Shown here one piece after another: positions 25,251 through 34,845 of a DNA stretch of 64,000 nucleotides (the first letter of the stretch is position 1; every line of letters begins with the position of its first letter). Made by a program: the position numbers and the translations under genes. The notes under the pieces are model-generated. The model was not told where the DNA came from and ran no database searches. It saw only the letters and a program-made list of their open reading frames with translations. Source of the DNA: Actinomycetota bacterium (GTDB lineage Bacteria > Actinomycetota > Actinomycetes > Mycobacteriales > SCTD01); the NCBI GenBank assembly GCA_046723735.1, contig JBKOVB010000113.1:2333-66332 (forward strand). The letters are read 5' to 3'.

Positions 25251-27785
25251 GTGCTGCGCATCACCCTCCGCTCGCTGTTCGAGCGCAAGCTGCGCCTGCT
25301 GCTGTCGGGCCTCGCGGTCGTGCTCGGCGTGGCGTTCGTGTCCGGCACCTTCGTGCTCACCGACACGATGCAGAAGGTCTTCGACACCCTGTTCTCCGAC
25401 GTCTACAAGGGCACCGCCGTGACCGTGCAGGGCACATCTGCGCTCGGCGGAGGGAGCGAGAACGACCGCGCCCCCGTGCCGCAGGCGGTGCTCGACCGGG
25501 TGAAGCGTGTGCCGGGGGTCGCCGAGGCCGAGGGCGTGGTGAGCGCCGACCAGGTGCAGATCGTCAAGAAGGACGGCAAGGTCTACACGACCCACGGCGG
25601 GCCGACCCTCGGGTTCAGCTTCAACCCGAACAGCCGCCAGGAGTCCCTGAAGGTCAAGCAGGGCCGCGCGCCGCAGGGCCCGGACGAGTTCGCCGTCGAC
25701 GAGACCACGTTCAAGAAGGCGCACCTCCGAGTCGGCGAGCAGGTGAAGATCCTCCCGAAGGGGACGCCGCGCACCATGACGCTCGTCGGGGTCGTCGGCC
25801 TGGACACCGCCCCCAGCCTGGGCGGCGCGAGCCTGACGCTATTCGATCCCCCGACGGCGCAGCAGGTCATCGGGACGCCGGGCACGTGGAGCCAGCTCAA
25901 CCTGGCGGCGGCCTCCGGAGTCTCCAACGCTGAGCTGAAGCAGCGGGTCGCCGCCGTGCTCCCCCAGGGCTACGGGGCGCTCACCCAACAGCAGCAGATC
26001 GACGACGCCTCGAAGGACATCAAGCGGGGCCTGTCGGTCTTCAACACCGTGCTGCTTGCCTTCGGCTTCATCGCGCTGTTCGTCGGGATGTTCCTCATCT
26101 TCAACACGTTCTCGATGCTCATCGCGCAGCGGACCCGCGAGCTGGCGCTGCTGCGCGCGATGGGCGCGAGCCGGCAGCAGGTCACGCTCTCGGTCCTGGT
26201 CGAGGCAGTGCTCGTCGGCACTGTGAGCGCGTTGATCGGTTTCGTGCTGGGCATCGGCGTCGCGGTCGTGCTCCGCAAGCTCCTCAAGGCGCTGGGCATC
26301 GAGCTGCCGGGCGGTTCCACGGTGGTGCTGCCACGCACCTTTGTCATCTCCATGCTGGTCGGCGTGCTCGTGACCGTCGCCGCCGCCCTCATCCCGTCCC
26401 GCAAGGCGGCGCGGGTCGCCCCGGTGCAGGCGATGCGCGAGTCGGGCCCGGCGGAGGACCGCTCGCTCGGCCGGCGCACGATCATCGGCTCCGTCCTGCT
26501 CCTCGGCGGCGTGGCGGCGCTCGCATCCGGGCTCAACGGCAACGGCGGCATCCAAACCGTCGGCCTGGGCGCCGCGTTGTCCTTCCTCGCCGTCGCCACG
26601 CTGAGCCCGCTCGTGGCTCGACCCGTCGTGGCGGCCCTGGGTGCGCCGTTCCGACGCCTCGGGACCCCAAGCACGCTGGGCCGGGCGAACGCGATGCGCA
26701 GCCCCCGGCGTACGGCGGCGACGGCGTCGGCGCTGATGATCGGGCTGGCTCTCGTCGCGATGGTGTCGACCTTCGGCGCCAGCGTGAAGAAGAGCCTCGC
26801 GAACTACGTCGACCGCTCGCTCGGCGCCGCCTTCGTGCTGCTTCCCGAGGGCGGCTTCGACAGCCAGTTCTCGCCGGTCGTCGCCACGCGGCTGCGCCAG
26901 CAGCCGGCGATCGACGAAGTGGCGTCCTACCGCTTCGTGCAGAAGGTGAAGGTCGACGGCTCCAACGTCCAGATGCAGGGCGTCGAGGCCGGACCCTTCG
27001 TCACGACCCTGTCGGTGAAGACGCTCACCGGCGACATCACGAGCATCGATCGGGGTGAGCTGGCGATCTCCAAGAAGGTCGCCGACTCGCGGAACCTCAA
27101 GGTCGGCGACAAGGTGGACGTCGTCTGGTCAAAGACCGGAAACCAGCCGATGACGATCGGCGCCGTCTACGCGGACAACCTGTTCGCCGGCGACTACGTC
27201 GTCGGCGGTCAGGTGGCCGACGCCAACCTCACCGACCCGCTGCTGGGCGTCGTGGCCGTGACGCTCAAGCCGGACGTCACCGCGGCGCAGGGCCGCGCTG
27301 CCGTCGAACGCGTGACGAAAGCCTTCCCGAACGTCAAGGTCCGGGACCAGGCGGGGCTCGTGCAGGACCAGCGCAAGCAGATCGACGGCCTGCTCAACGT
27401 CGTCACCGCGCTGCTGATCTTCTCGGTGCTCATCGCGGTGCTCGGGATCATCAACACGCTGGCCCTGTCGGTCCTGGAACGCACCCGCGAGCTGGGGCTG
27501 CTGCGCGCAGTCGGTCTCTCCCGTCGCCAATTGCGTCGGATGATCCGCTGGGAGAGCGTGCTCATCTCGATCTTCGGCGCGATCCTCGGGATCCTCGTCG
27601 GGCTCGCGTTCGGCTGGGCGCTCGTCCAGGCGCTCAAGGACCAGGGCATCGACCAGTTCGCGTTGCCCGTCGCACGGCTGCTGCTGGTGCTCGTCGCCGC
27701 GGCACTGGGCGGCGTGATCGCCGCGGCGCTGCCCGCCCGTCGCGCGGCGCGTCTGAACGTCCTGACCGCCATCGCCGAGGAGTAG
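25251..27785 (+). CDS. ABC transporter permease with two MacB/FtsX repeats
   Basis: IFNTFSMLIAQRTRELALLRAMGASRQQV and INTLALSVLERTRELGLLRAVG. Confidence 0.92.
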   Translation: MLRITLRSLFERKLRLLLSGLAVVLGVAFVSGTFVLTDTMQKVFDTLFSDVYKGTAVTVQGTSALGGGSENDRAPVPQAVLDRVKRVPGVAEAEGVVSADQVQIVKKDGKVYTTHGGPTLGFSFNPNSRQESLKVKQGRAPQGPDEFAVDETTFKKAHLRVGEQVKILPKGTPRTMTLVGVVGLDTAPSLGGASLTLFDPPTAQQVIGTPGTWSQLNLAAASGVSNAELKQRVAAVLPQGYGALTQQQQIDDASKDIKRGLSVFNTVLLAFGFIALFVGMFLIFNTFSMLIAQRTRELALLRAMGASRQQVTLSVLVEAVLVGTVSALIGFVLGIGVAVVLRKLLKALGIELPGGSTVVLPRTFVISMLVGVLVTVAAALIPSRKAARVAPVQAMRESGPAEDRSLGRRTIIGSVLLLGGVAALASGLNGNGGIQTVGLGAALSFLAVATLSPLVARPVVAALGAPFRRLGTPSTLGRANAMRSPRRTAATASALMIGLALVAMVSTFGASVKKSLANYVDRSLGAAFVLLPEGGFDSQFSPVVATRLRQQPAIDEVASYRFVQKVKVDGSNVQMQGVEAGPFVTTLSVKTLTGDITSIDRGELAISKKVADSRNLKVGDKVDVVWSKTGNQPMTIGAVYADNLFAGDYVVGGQVADANLTDPLLGVVAVTLKPDVTAAQGRAAVERVTKAFPNVKVRDQAGLVQDQRKQIDGLLNVVTALLIFSVLIAVLGIINTLALSVLERTRELGLLRAVGLSRRQLRRMIRWESVLISIFGAILGILVGLAFGWALVQALKDQGIDQFALPVARLLLVLVAAALGGVIAAALPARRAARLNVLTAIAEE

Positions 27786-27801
27786 CGAGCACAATGCTCC
27801 G

Positions 27802-28311
27802 GTGCGATGGGGGGAGCGGGTCGAACAGCACCCGGTAGGACAGGCGGTCATCGGCCTGGGCATGGCCGCGCTCGTCGGCCTGCTGGTGCTGTGGAACCTG
27901 CCCGCCGGGCCCGCCCACGACCTCGCGCAACCGGTCGTCCGGCCGGCTGTGCAGGCGATCGGGCTGGAGCAGGACTGGGCGCTGTTCGCCCCCGACCCGC
28001 GCGGCTTCAGCGTCGGCGTGTACGCCACGGTGACGTTCGCCGACGGCCGAGTGCAGGCCTGGGTGCCCCCGCACAACGGCCTTTTGGTGAGCCCGTACCG
28101 GACCTACCGCTGGCAGAAGTACGTCGAGCGGCTGCGCGCCGATGACTACGCCGGGCTGTGGGAGCCCACGGCGCGCTGGGTCGCGCGGCAGGCCGGCCCC
28201 GGGGTGGTGCGCGTGGTCCTGACCAGGACGTTCCAGGACGTCCAGGCACCGGGCACGAGCACGCGGCCCACGCCCGGTCGCTACGACTTCTACACGCTGG
28301 AGCTCACGTGA
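27802..28311 (+). CDS. SdpA/DUF5819-like membrane-anchored protein
   Basis: N-terminal TM, GLEQDWALFAPDP motif; coupled (GTGA) to the HTTM gene. Confidence 0.6.
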   Translation: MRWGERVEQHPVGQAVIGLGMAALVGLLVLWNLPAGPAHDLAQPVVRPAVQAIGLEQDWALFAPDPRGFSVGVYATVTFADGRVQAWVPPHNGLLVSPYRTYRWQKYVERLRADDYAGLWEPTARWVARQAGPGVVRVVLTRTFQDVQAPGTSTRPTPGRYDFYTLELT

Positions 28312-29189
28312 ACGGCCTGCGCCGCTGGGTCTTCACACCCGTGGACACCGCCCCCATGGCAGCGCTGCGGATCGCCTGCGGCCTGCTCGCGCTGGGCTGG
28401 ACGCTCTCGCTCCTGCCGGACGCGCAGACGTTCCTCGGCGACCACGGTCTGACCTCCGGACCAACCACCGGGGACGCCGGCTGGTGGACGGTGAGTCACT
28501 TCCCGCCGTACGGCGTGCTGGCCCTGCTCGCGGCCGCGTCGGTCGCCCTCGCGCTGGGCTGGCGGACCCGCCTCGTGGCCGTCGTCGTCGCCGTGCTCCT
28601 GACCGTCGTCCAGCGGCGCGACGTGTACGCGCTCAACAGCGGGGACCTGCTGCTGCGGGAGCTGGCCTTCTACGTGGCCCTCATGCCGGCGGGGGAGTGC
28701 TGGTCGCTCGACGCGCGGCGGCGCGGGGAGCCACGGCCCCGGGCGCCGTGGGGCCTGCGCCTGCTGCAGGTGCAGGTGTCGCTGATCTACGCCTCGTCGG
28801 TGGTGGCCAAGCTGCACGGCACCAGCTGGCAGGACGGCACCGCGGTCGGCAAGGCGCTTCAGCTGGGCGACCTGCAGCGCTTCGTGGTGCCGCACGCGCT
28901 GACCACCAGCGTGACGGTGTCGGCGTTGCTGACCTACGGGACGCTGCTCGTCGAAGCGGCCCTCGTGGCCGGGCTCTGGATGCCCCGGGCCCGCTGGTGG
29001 GTGATGGGCGCGGGCGTCGCCATCCACCTCGGCATCGAGGCGACCCTGCTCGTCGGCTGGTTCTCCTTGACGGTCATCGCCTGCTACCTGGCGTTCGTGC
29101 CCGCGCCGGTGCTGCGGGCCGCAGTGGCCAGGGTGCACGCAAGGGGGACGGAACCGGTCTGGGAGGATGCGCCCATCGTCGCTTCCTGA
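28308..29189 (+). CDS. HTTM-domain membrane protein (SdpB / vitamin K-dependent carboxylase-like)
   Basis: MAALRIACG, LGWRTR, NSGDLLLR, WSLDARR, QVSLIYASSVVAKL.G.SWQDGTA, IHLGI. Confidence 0.85.
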   Translation: MNGLRRWVFTPVDTAPMAALRIACGLLALGWTLSLLPDAQTFLGDHGLTSGPTTGDAGWWTVSHFPPYGVLALLAAASVALALGWRTRLVAVVVAVLLTVVQRRDVYALNSGDLLLRELAFYVALMPAGECWSLDARRRGEPRPRAPWGLRLLQVQVSLIYASSVVAKLHGTSWQDGTAVGKALQLGDLQRFVVPHALTTSVTVSALLTYGTLLVEAALVAGLWMPRARWWVMGAGVAIHLGIEATLLVGWFSLTVIACYLAFVPAPVLRAAVARVHARGTEPVWEDAPIVAS

Positions 29190-29199
29190 AGGAGTCCCC

Positions 29200-29982
29200 G
29201 TGCTCGACCTCGCTGGAACCTCGTCCGTCGTCACCGGTGGCGCGTCCGGTCTGGGCGAGGCCTGCGCCCGTCAGATCGCCGCTCGCGGTGGCCGCGTCGT
29301 CGTCGTCGACCTCAACGACGACAAGGGCGTCAAGGTCGCCGGCGACATCGGCGGCACCTACGTCCGCGCGGACGTGTCAGACCCCGAGCAGGTGATCGCT
29401 GCGATCAGTGCCGCTGAAGAGCTCGGCACGTTCCGCACGCTCGTCACCGCGGCCGGCATCGGCTGGGCGTCCCGCACGATCGGCCGTGACGGCACCTACG
29501 AGTCGGCGCACGACCTCGACGCGTTCAAGAAGGTCCTTACCGTCAACCTGGTGGGCACCTTCAACTGTGTGCGCCTCGCGGCCACCGCGATGAGCCGCAC
29601 CGAGGCGTTCGACGCCGACGGGCAGAAGGGCGCCATCTGCACGATGGCCTCCATCGCCGCGTTCGACGGCCAGATCGGCCAGGCGTCGTACTCCGCCAGC
29701 AAGGGCGGCGTCGTCGGCATGACGGTGCCGATCGCCCGTGACCTCGCCGCCGCCGGTATCCGCATCAACTGCGTCGCCCCCGGCCTCATCGACACGCCCA
29801 TCTACGGCGAGGGCCCGGCGTCCGAGGCGTTCAAGGACAACCTCAAGCGCGACGTGGTCTTCCCCAAGCGCCTGGGCAAGGCGGACGAGCTCGCCTCCAT
29901 GGTGCTCGAGCTGCTGACCAACACGTACGCCAACGGCGAGGTCGTCCGCGTCGACGGTGCGGCTCGGCTCCAGCCCAAGTAG
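29200..29982 (+). CDS. SDR, 3-hydroxyacyl-CoA dehydrogenase type II (HSD17B10-like)
   Basis: VVTGGASGLG, NLVGTFN, ASIAAFDGQIGQASYSASKGGVVGMTVPIARDL. Confidence 0.92.
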   Translation: MLDLAGTSSVVTGGASGLGEACARQIAARGGRVVVVDLNDDKGVKVAGDIGGTYVRADVSDPEQVIAAISAAEELGTFRTLVTAAGIGWASRTIGRDGTYESAHDLDAFKKVLTVNLVGTFNCVRLAATAMSRTEAFDADGQKGAICTMASIAAFDGQIGQASYSASKGGVVGMTVPIARDLAAAGIRINCVAPGLIDTPIYGEGPASEAFKDNLKRDVVFPKRLGKADELASMVLELLTNTYANGEVVRVDGAARLQPK

Positions 29983-30011
29983 TCCCGGCGGCCTCAGCCC
30001 GCAGCCCACAG

Positions 30012-30096
30012 CCCCCTTTTCTTGATCAACAGGACTTCCGGCCGCGACACGCCGGGCGTGTCGCGGCACCGTTTCCTGTTGATCAAGGAAGGGGGG
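30012..30096. repeat. REP-like nested inverted repeat between convergent genes (possible bidirectional terminator)
   Basis: Outer arms CTTGATCAACAGGA (30021-34) / TCCTGTTGATCAAG (30074-87); inner arms GCCGCGACACGCC (30041-53) / GGCGTGTCGCGGC (30055-67). Confidence 0.85.
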
Positions 30097-31170
30097 TCAG
30101 CGGACCAGCGGCCAGACATCGGCTTGCTGACCGAGGGCGAGCGCGGCCGCCTGGCGTGCGCACAGCGCCCCCACCACGTTGCCTGTGCCGTTGTAGCCGC
30201 CGACCGCCCAGACGCCCTGCCGGACCTCGCCGAGGAAGGGCAGGGCGTCCGCCGTGTAGCCGACTGACGCGGCCCAGCGGTGCGTGACCGGAGCGCTGAC
30301 GCCGAGGCACTCGCGCAGGAAGCCCTCGAGGGCTGCTTGCACGCGGGGTGACGTGTCGGTGGAGCGGGTCTCCTCCTCGGCGCCGCCGAGGTCGCGGAAG
30401 CCACCGAGCGCGAGGCGGCCGTCGGGCAGCTGCTGCCAGTACTCGAACCCGTGACGGCGGTACACCGGGCGGGGCCAGGCCGGCGGCACCGGAGCGGTGG
30501 CCAGCATCTGCAGCCGCACGGTGCGGACAGGCACCTCGGGCAGGAGCAGGTCGAGGTTGCCGTCGACCGCCACGATCACGCCGCCGCAGCGCACCGAGCC
30601 GTGCGGCGTCGTGACGCAGGTGCCAGTCAGGCCCGTCACGGGAGAGTGCTCGAAGAGCGACGAGACGGCCTGGTGTGCAAGGGTTCTGCAGCGCGCCAGC
30701 GGCTGCAGCACCCCGTCGGCAGGGAACAGCAGCCCGCGGCCCTCGGGCCCGTCGTACTCCTCGACGGCGAAGCCGTCCGCGCGCAGCTCCTCGGCCTGGC
30801 GGACGCAGTCGGCCAGCGCCGCCTCGTCGTCCTCGATGCGCAGCGAACCGACCCGGCGGGTGTGCGGCGTGCGGTCCATCTCCTCGAGCGTGCGGCGGTA
30901 CAGCAGCGCGGCCGTCTCACGGCCCAGAGTGGCGACCACCTCGTGGTACGGCGGGGCCAGCCCGGCGAGGAGGAAGCCGCCATTGCGGCCCGCGGCGCCA
31001 CCGCCGACCGTGCCGGCGTCGAGCCCGACGACCGCGGCACCACGGGACTCGAGCTCCTGGACGGCGGTCAGCCCGGAGCCGCCCAGGCCGATGACGCAGA
31101 CGTCCGCGACCACGTCGCCCTCGAGCCGCGGCAACCGCAGCTGCCCGCCGTCCTCCCAGACCGGGTCCAC
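30097..31170 (-). CDS. FAD-dependent oxidoreductase, DadA/PuuB family
   Basis: ADVCVIGLGGSGL, GAAGRNGGFL, YWQQLPDGRLALGG, GGYNGTG. Confidence 0.85.
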   Translation of the reverse strand: MDPVWEDGGQLRLPRLEGDVVADVCVIGLGGSGLTAVQELESRGAAVVGLDAGTVGGGAAGRNGGFLLAGLAPPYHEVVATLGRETAALLYRRTLEEMDRTPHTRRVGSLRIEDDEAALADCVRQAEELRADGFAVEEYDGPEGRGLLFPADGVLQPLARCRTLAHQAVSSLFEHSPVTGLTGTCVTTPHGSVRCGGVIVAVDGNLDLLLPEVPVRTVRLQMLATAPVPPAWPRPVYRRHGFEYWQQLPDGRLALGGFRDLGGAEEETRSTDTSPRVQAALEGFLRECLGVSAPVTHRWAASVGYTADALPFLGEVRQGVWAVGGYNGTGNVVGALCARQAAALALGQQADVWPLVR

Positions 31171-31194
31171 ATGCCCATCCTCTACGTTGCTCGG

Positions 31195-32067
31195 ATGAAG
31201 TACGCCGTCGTCGCGCCCGTCGCCGCGAACGTCACCGCCGACCCTGTCTGGATGACGGCCTTCGCGCAGCACGTGGAGGCGTGCGGGTTCGAGTCGCTCG
31301 TGGTCGTGGAACACACCGTGGTGACCCACGGGTACACGAGCCGCTACCCGTACGACACCTCGGGCCGGATGGAGCTCGACGAGAGCTGCGAGATCCCGGA
31401 TCCCTTGGAGCTGCTGGCGTTCCTGGCCGGACGGACGACCCGGCTGGGCCTCGCGACCGGCGTGCTGGTGCTCCCCAACCACCACCCGGTCGTGCTGGCG
31501 AAGCGGCTCGCCACGCTGGACGTGCTGTCCGGCGGTCGGCTGCGGCTGTGCGTCGGGATGGGCTGGATGCGCGAGGAGGTCGAGGCCTGCGGCGCCGACT
31601 TCGACAGCCGCGGCCGCCGCGCCGACGAGCAGCTGGACGTCATGCGCAAGCTCTGGTCGCCCGGTGAGAAGGGCGCCGACCACCAGGGCGAGTTCTTCCG
31701 GCTCGACCGCGCCATGAGCTTCCCCAAGCCGCTCGGCGCCATCCCCGTGCACATCGGGGGACACAGCAGGGCTGCCGCCCGTCGTGCAGGTCGGCTCGGC
31801 GACGGCCTCCAGCCGCTGGGCGTCCACGGGGGGCAGCTCACCGAGCTGGTGGACCTCATGCACCGTGAGGCCGAAGCCGCCGGCCGCGACCCTGCCGCGC
31901 TCGAGCTCTCGCTGGGGCACCTCGTCCGCCGCATCGACCGGGCGAGAGCGGAGACGCTCGCCGCCAAGGGTGCCGACCGGCTGGTGCTCGCCATGACGCC
32001 GACGTCCGACCTCGAGCGGGCCAAGGACGAGCTGTCCGCCTGCGCCCAACGTCTGGAGCTCCGATGA
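31195..32067 (+). CDS. LLM-class (probably F420-dependent) oxidoreductase
   Basis: GFESLVVVEH, PDPLELLAFLAGRTTRLGLATGVLVLP, LDVLSGGRL..GMGW..EE, IGGHS..AARRAG..GDG. Confidence 0.9.
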   Translation: MKYAVVAPVAANVTADPVWMTAFAQHVEACGFESLVVVEHTVVTHGYTSRYPYDTSGRMELDESCEIPDPLELLAFLAGRTTRLGLATGVLVLPNHHPVVLAKRLATLDVLSGGRLRLCVGMGWMREEVEACGADFDSRGRRADEQLDVMRKLWSPGEKGADHQGEFFRLDRAMSFPKPLGAIPVHIGGHSRAAARRAGRLGDGLQPLGVHGGQLTELVDLMHREAEAAGRDPAALELSLGHLVRRIDRARAETLAAKGADRLVLAMTPTSDLERAKDELSACAQRLELR

Positions 32068-32504
32068 ACGTCGACGACCGCCTGGCCCTGCTCGACCTCG
32101 TCCACCGCTACGCGCTCCTCGTCGACAATCGCGACCTCGACGCGGCTGTCGCGCTGTTCACGGCTGACGGCGTGCTCTCCACCCCTGACCCGCCTGAGCA
32201 CCTCGACCCGGTGCACGAGCACGCGGGGCATGACGCGGTGCACGAGGCGTTGGCGATCGTGACCTCGGTGGAGCGCACCTTCCACGAGGTCGTCGGCACG
32301 GTCCTCGACCTCGACGGCGACGGCGCGCGCGGCCAGGTGGCCTGCGTCGCGCACCACCTGGTGACCCGCGACGGCGAGACGAAGGACCACGTCTGGCACC
32401 TGCGCTACGACGACGCCTACCGCCGTACGCCGGAGGGCTGGCGCATCGCCCGCCGCTCCCTGCACGTCGCGTTCCTGGAGACCCGGCCCGTCCGGACCGG
32501 GTGA
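32064..32504 (+). CDS. SnoaL_4 / NTF2-like protein
   Basis: LVHRYALLVD.RD....LFTADG..TFH..RYDD.Y.R...GWRI.RR. Confidence 0.85.
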   Translation: MNVDDRLALLDLVHRYALLVDNRDLDAAVALFTADGVLSTPDPPEHLDPVHEHAGHDAVHEALAIVTSVERTFHEVVGTVLDLDGDGARGQVACVAHHLVTRDGETKDHVWHLRYDDAYRRTPEGWRIARRSLHVAFLETRPVRTG

Positions 32505-32509
32505 GCGCC

Positions 32510-34183
32510 TCAGCGAGTGTTCAACAGCAGCTGGGTCGGGTGCTGCGCGTCGTGGAACAGCAGGTTGCGGCCGGCCGCAGGAACCGGCTCGTGCGTGGGC
32601 GAGTCGCCGCTCGCGAACCACAGCCGCAGCCGGTGGCCCTTCGCCACCGTGAACGCGACGTCCCAGATGTCGAGCCGGTACTCCGTGGTCAGCCCGATCG
32701 TGACTGGCAGGTGCCGGTCGTCGGTGAGGTACGGAGCCCCCGGTCGAGACCGCGCCGGGTCGACGTGCCGGAAGTTGGCGCGCAGCCACCCCTGGGTGAT
32801 GGGCGTTTCGGTGCCGTCCGGCGCCACGTCCGCGAGCCGAGCCACCCAGGCCATGTCGGCGGCCTCGGTGATGGCCCAGAACCGCAGCTCGGCCGGGCCG
32901 GCCAGCCGCAGCGGTCCTTTCAGCGGGGCGGTCGTGTAGGTCAGGCCACGGGTGTCGTCGAGCCGCTGGTCGGTGTGCACGTAGGGCGCGAAACCGTCCG
33001 GTCCCTCCCACCCCATGGGCACCGAGGCACCGGTGGTCGGGTCGTAGACGTAGGACTCCTGGTAGGCGTCCCGACCGGTCGGGACGTGAGTGACCAGCGA
33101 GCCGTCGTTCAGCGACGACGCGCTGCCCGTCGTCGCCCCCGACAGGAACAGCCGTGTGATCCCGGGGGCGGCAGCCCGCCACGAGGACGCGGTGTGCCAG
33201 GTGCGGTCCCCGAGGTCGAAGTAGGTGACCCGCGGCTGGCGGTCGACCCCGTTCTTCGCATCTTTGGCGTAGTGGTCGAGCCAGCGCAGCACCTGCCCGG
33301 GCGGCGGGGACGCGGACAGCGACGGCGTCAGGTCGGTCGCACCACCGCCGTACGGCGCCCCCACCTCCCCGATGTTGCCGGTGCCGTGGTGCGTGGATGC
33401 GTCGATCCAGAGCTGTGCCGGGACGTGGAGCGCGTCGATGAGCCGCAGGTCGCCGCGGCTGTACATGTCGTGCCAGCCGGTGAACACGTAGACCGGGACC
33501 TTGATGCGGGCGACCTTGGCGAGGACCGAGCGCTCCTGGTACAGCGGCCCGTCCAGGTCGTTGAACCGGGTCTCGAACGCGAACAGCTGGTCCTTGCGGT
33601 CGAGGTACTGCGGCTGCGGCCCGAGCCCCAGCGCCTGGGCCCCCGTCTGGCCGGCGAACCACTGCTCGACGAAGCCCTGGTCGTAGAGCCCGTTGTGCCA
33701 CAGCACATCGCGGTAGGGGTCCGTGGGCGGGTGCCCCACCACGACGGTCGTCAGGTGCGGCGGTTGCAGGGCCGCGCCCAGCAAGGCGGTGATGGCCGAG
33801 TAGGAGTAGCCGTAGAGGACGACCCTGCCGTTGCTCCACGGCTGGCGAGCGACCCACTCCACGACGTCGTAGACGTCCTGCTGCTCACGCAAGCAGAGCA
33901 GGCACAGCGCGCCGCCGCTCTTGCCCGAGCCGCGTACGTCGGTGTTGACGTGGGCGTACCCGTTCGGCACGTACGTGGTGGCACTGGAACGCCCGTACGG
34001 CTCCATGTCCACGATCGCCGGAAAGCGCCCCGAGGCCGCGGGCAGGTGCACGTCGCCGACCAGATGCACCCCGTCGCTCGCCGTGATGGTCACGTCGGTG
34101 AGGTCCTTGGTCGCCGCAGTGGCTGGGAGGGCCGCACCGGTCACGGCCAGCGCTGCGGCGACGACCAGGGGACGGAGACGCAC
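32510..34183 (-). CDS. Secreted CocE/NonD family hydrolase (peptidase S15)
   Basis: Signal peptide; DGVHLVGDV, PYG, DVRGSGKSGG, QPWSNGRV..GYSY, C-terminal PepX_C domain (GHRLRL); GTG 34183 with GGAGG RBS. Confidence 0.9.
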   Translation of the reverse strand: MRLRPLVVAAALAVTGAALPATAATKDLTDVTITASDGVHLVGDVHLPAASGRFPAIVDMEPYGRSSATTYVPNGYAHVNTDVRGSGKSGGALCLLCLREQQDVYDVVEWVARQPWSNGRVVLYGYSYSAITALLGAALQPPHLTTVVVGHPPTDPYRDVLWHNGLYDQGFVEQWFAGQTGAQALGLGPQPQYLDRKDQLFAFETRFNDLDGPLYQERSVLAKVARIKVPVYVFTGWHDMYSRGDLRLIDALHVPAQLWIDASTHHGTGNIGEVGAPYGGGATDLTPSLSASPPPGQVLRWLDHYAKDAKNGVDRQPRVTYFDLGDRTWHTASSWRAAAPGITRLFLSGATTGSASSLNDGSLVTHVPTGRDAYQESYVYDPTTGASVPMGWEGPDGFAPYVHTDQRLDDTRGLTYTTAPLKGPLRLAGPAELRFWAITEAADMAWVARLADVAPDGTETPITQGWLRANFRHVDPARSRPGAPYLTDDRHLPVTIGLTTEYRLDIWDVAFTVAKGHRLRLWFASGDSPTHEPVPAAGRNLLFHDAQHPTQLLLNTR

Positions 34184-34289
34184 GGTAGGTCCTCCAGGGA
34201 GTCGCGGGACTGTGCAGAGTTCGTCCCGTGCGACCGGACTCCTGCCGCCGGCTCCTGGCGCGTCGCCCGCCGACCCGTCCAGGTTGAGC

Positions 34290-34775
34290 TCACGAACCGG
34301 GCTTGCCCTCCTGGGGACCCAGCACCGGCTCGAAGGCGGCGACGTAGCGCTCGAAGCGCGGCTCCCAGTCCTCGCCGACGGCGCCGACCAGCCGGTCGAG
34401 GCAGACCTCCCAGCCGGCAGCGTTGCGGGCCGCCCTGCTCGCGCCGAGCTCCTCAGCCAGCACGAAGGTCGTCCCGCCCTCGGCCGCCGACAGCTCGAAC
34501 GTGATGGTGTCCTCACCCCACGTGAACGACAGCCGGTGCGGCGCATCGTAGGCGAGCACCTTTCCCGGCAGCGGCCCGAACGGCTGGTCGTCGAAGTGGT
34601 GGGTCAACGAGGCGCCCGTCTCCCAGCGGTCGATCTCGATCCGGGTCGGGAACCAGGCCTTCATCTCGGTCGGGTCGGTGACGGCCCGCCAGACCTCCTC
34701 CACCGGCCGCGGCAGGAACCGCTCGAACCGCAGGACCGGCTTGTCGCCGCTCGAGATCAGGGTGGCTTCACGCAT
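34290..34775 (-). CDS. SRPBCC/AHSA1 family protein
   Basis: LRFERFLPRPVEEVWRAVTDP..WFP; AAGWEVCLDRL. Confidence 0.85.
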   Translation of the reverse strand: MREATLISSGDKPVLRFERFLPRPVEEVWRAVTDPTEMKAWFPTRIEIDRWETGASLTHHFDDQPFGPLPGKVLAYDAPHRLSFTWGEDTITFELSAAEGGTTFVLAEELGASRAARNAAGWEVCLDRLVGAVGEDWEPRFERYVAAFEPVLGPQEGKPGS

Positions 34776-34845
34776 CACGGGCTCCTTCGGTGAGGTGTGC
34801 CTCCAGGCGGTCGAGGCTGCCGACCCACGAGCAGTCATTCGCCTG

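Noticed and set aside
30097-32067. DadA-family or LLM oxidoreductase as the missing mftD
   Set aside because: Neither has the alpha-hydroxy-acid oxidase fold; they are ~10 kb away with their own promoters and I saw no MftR box.
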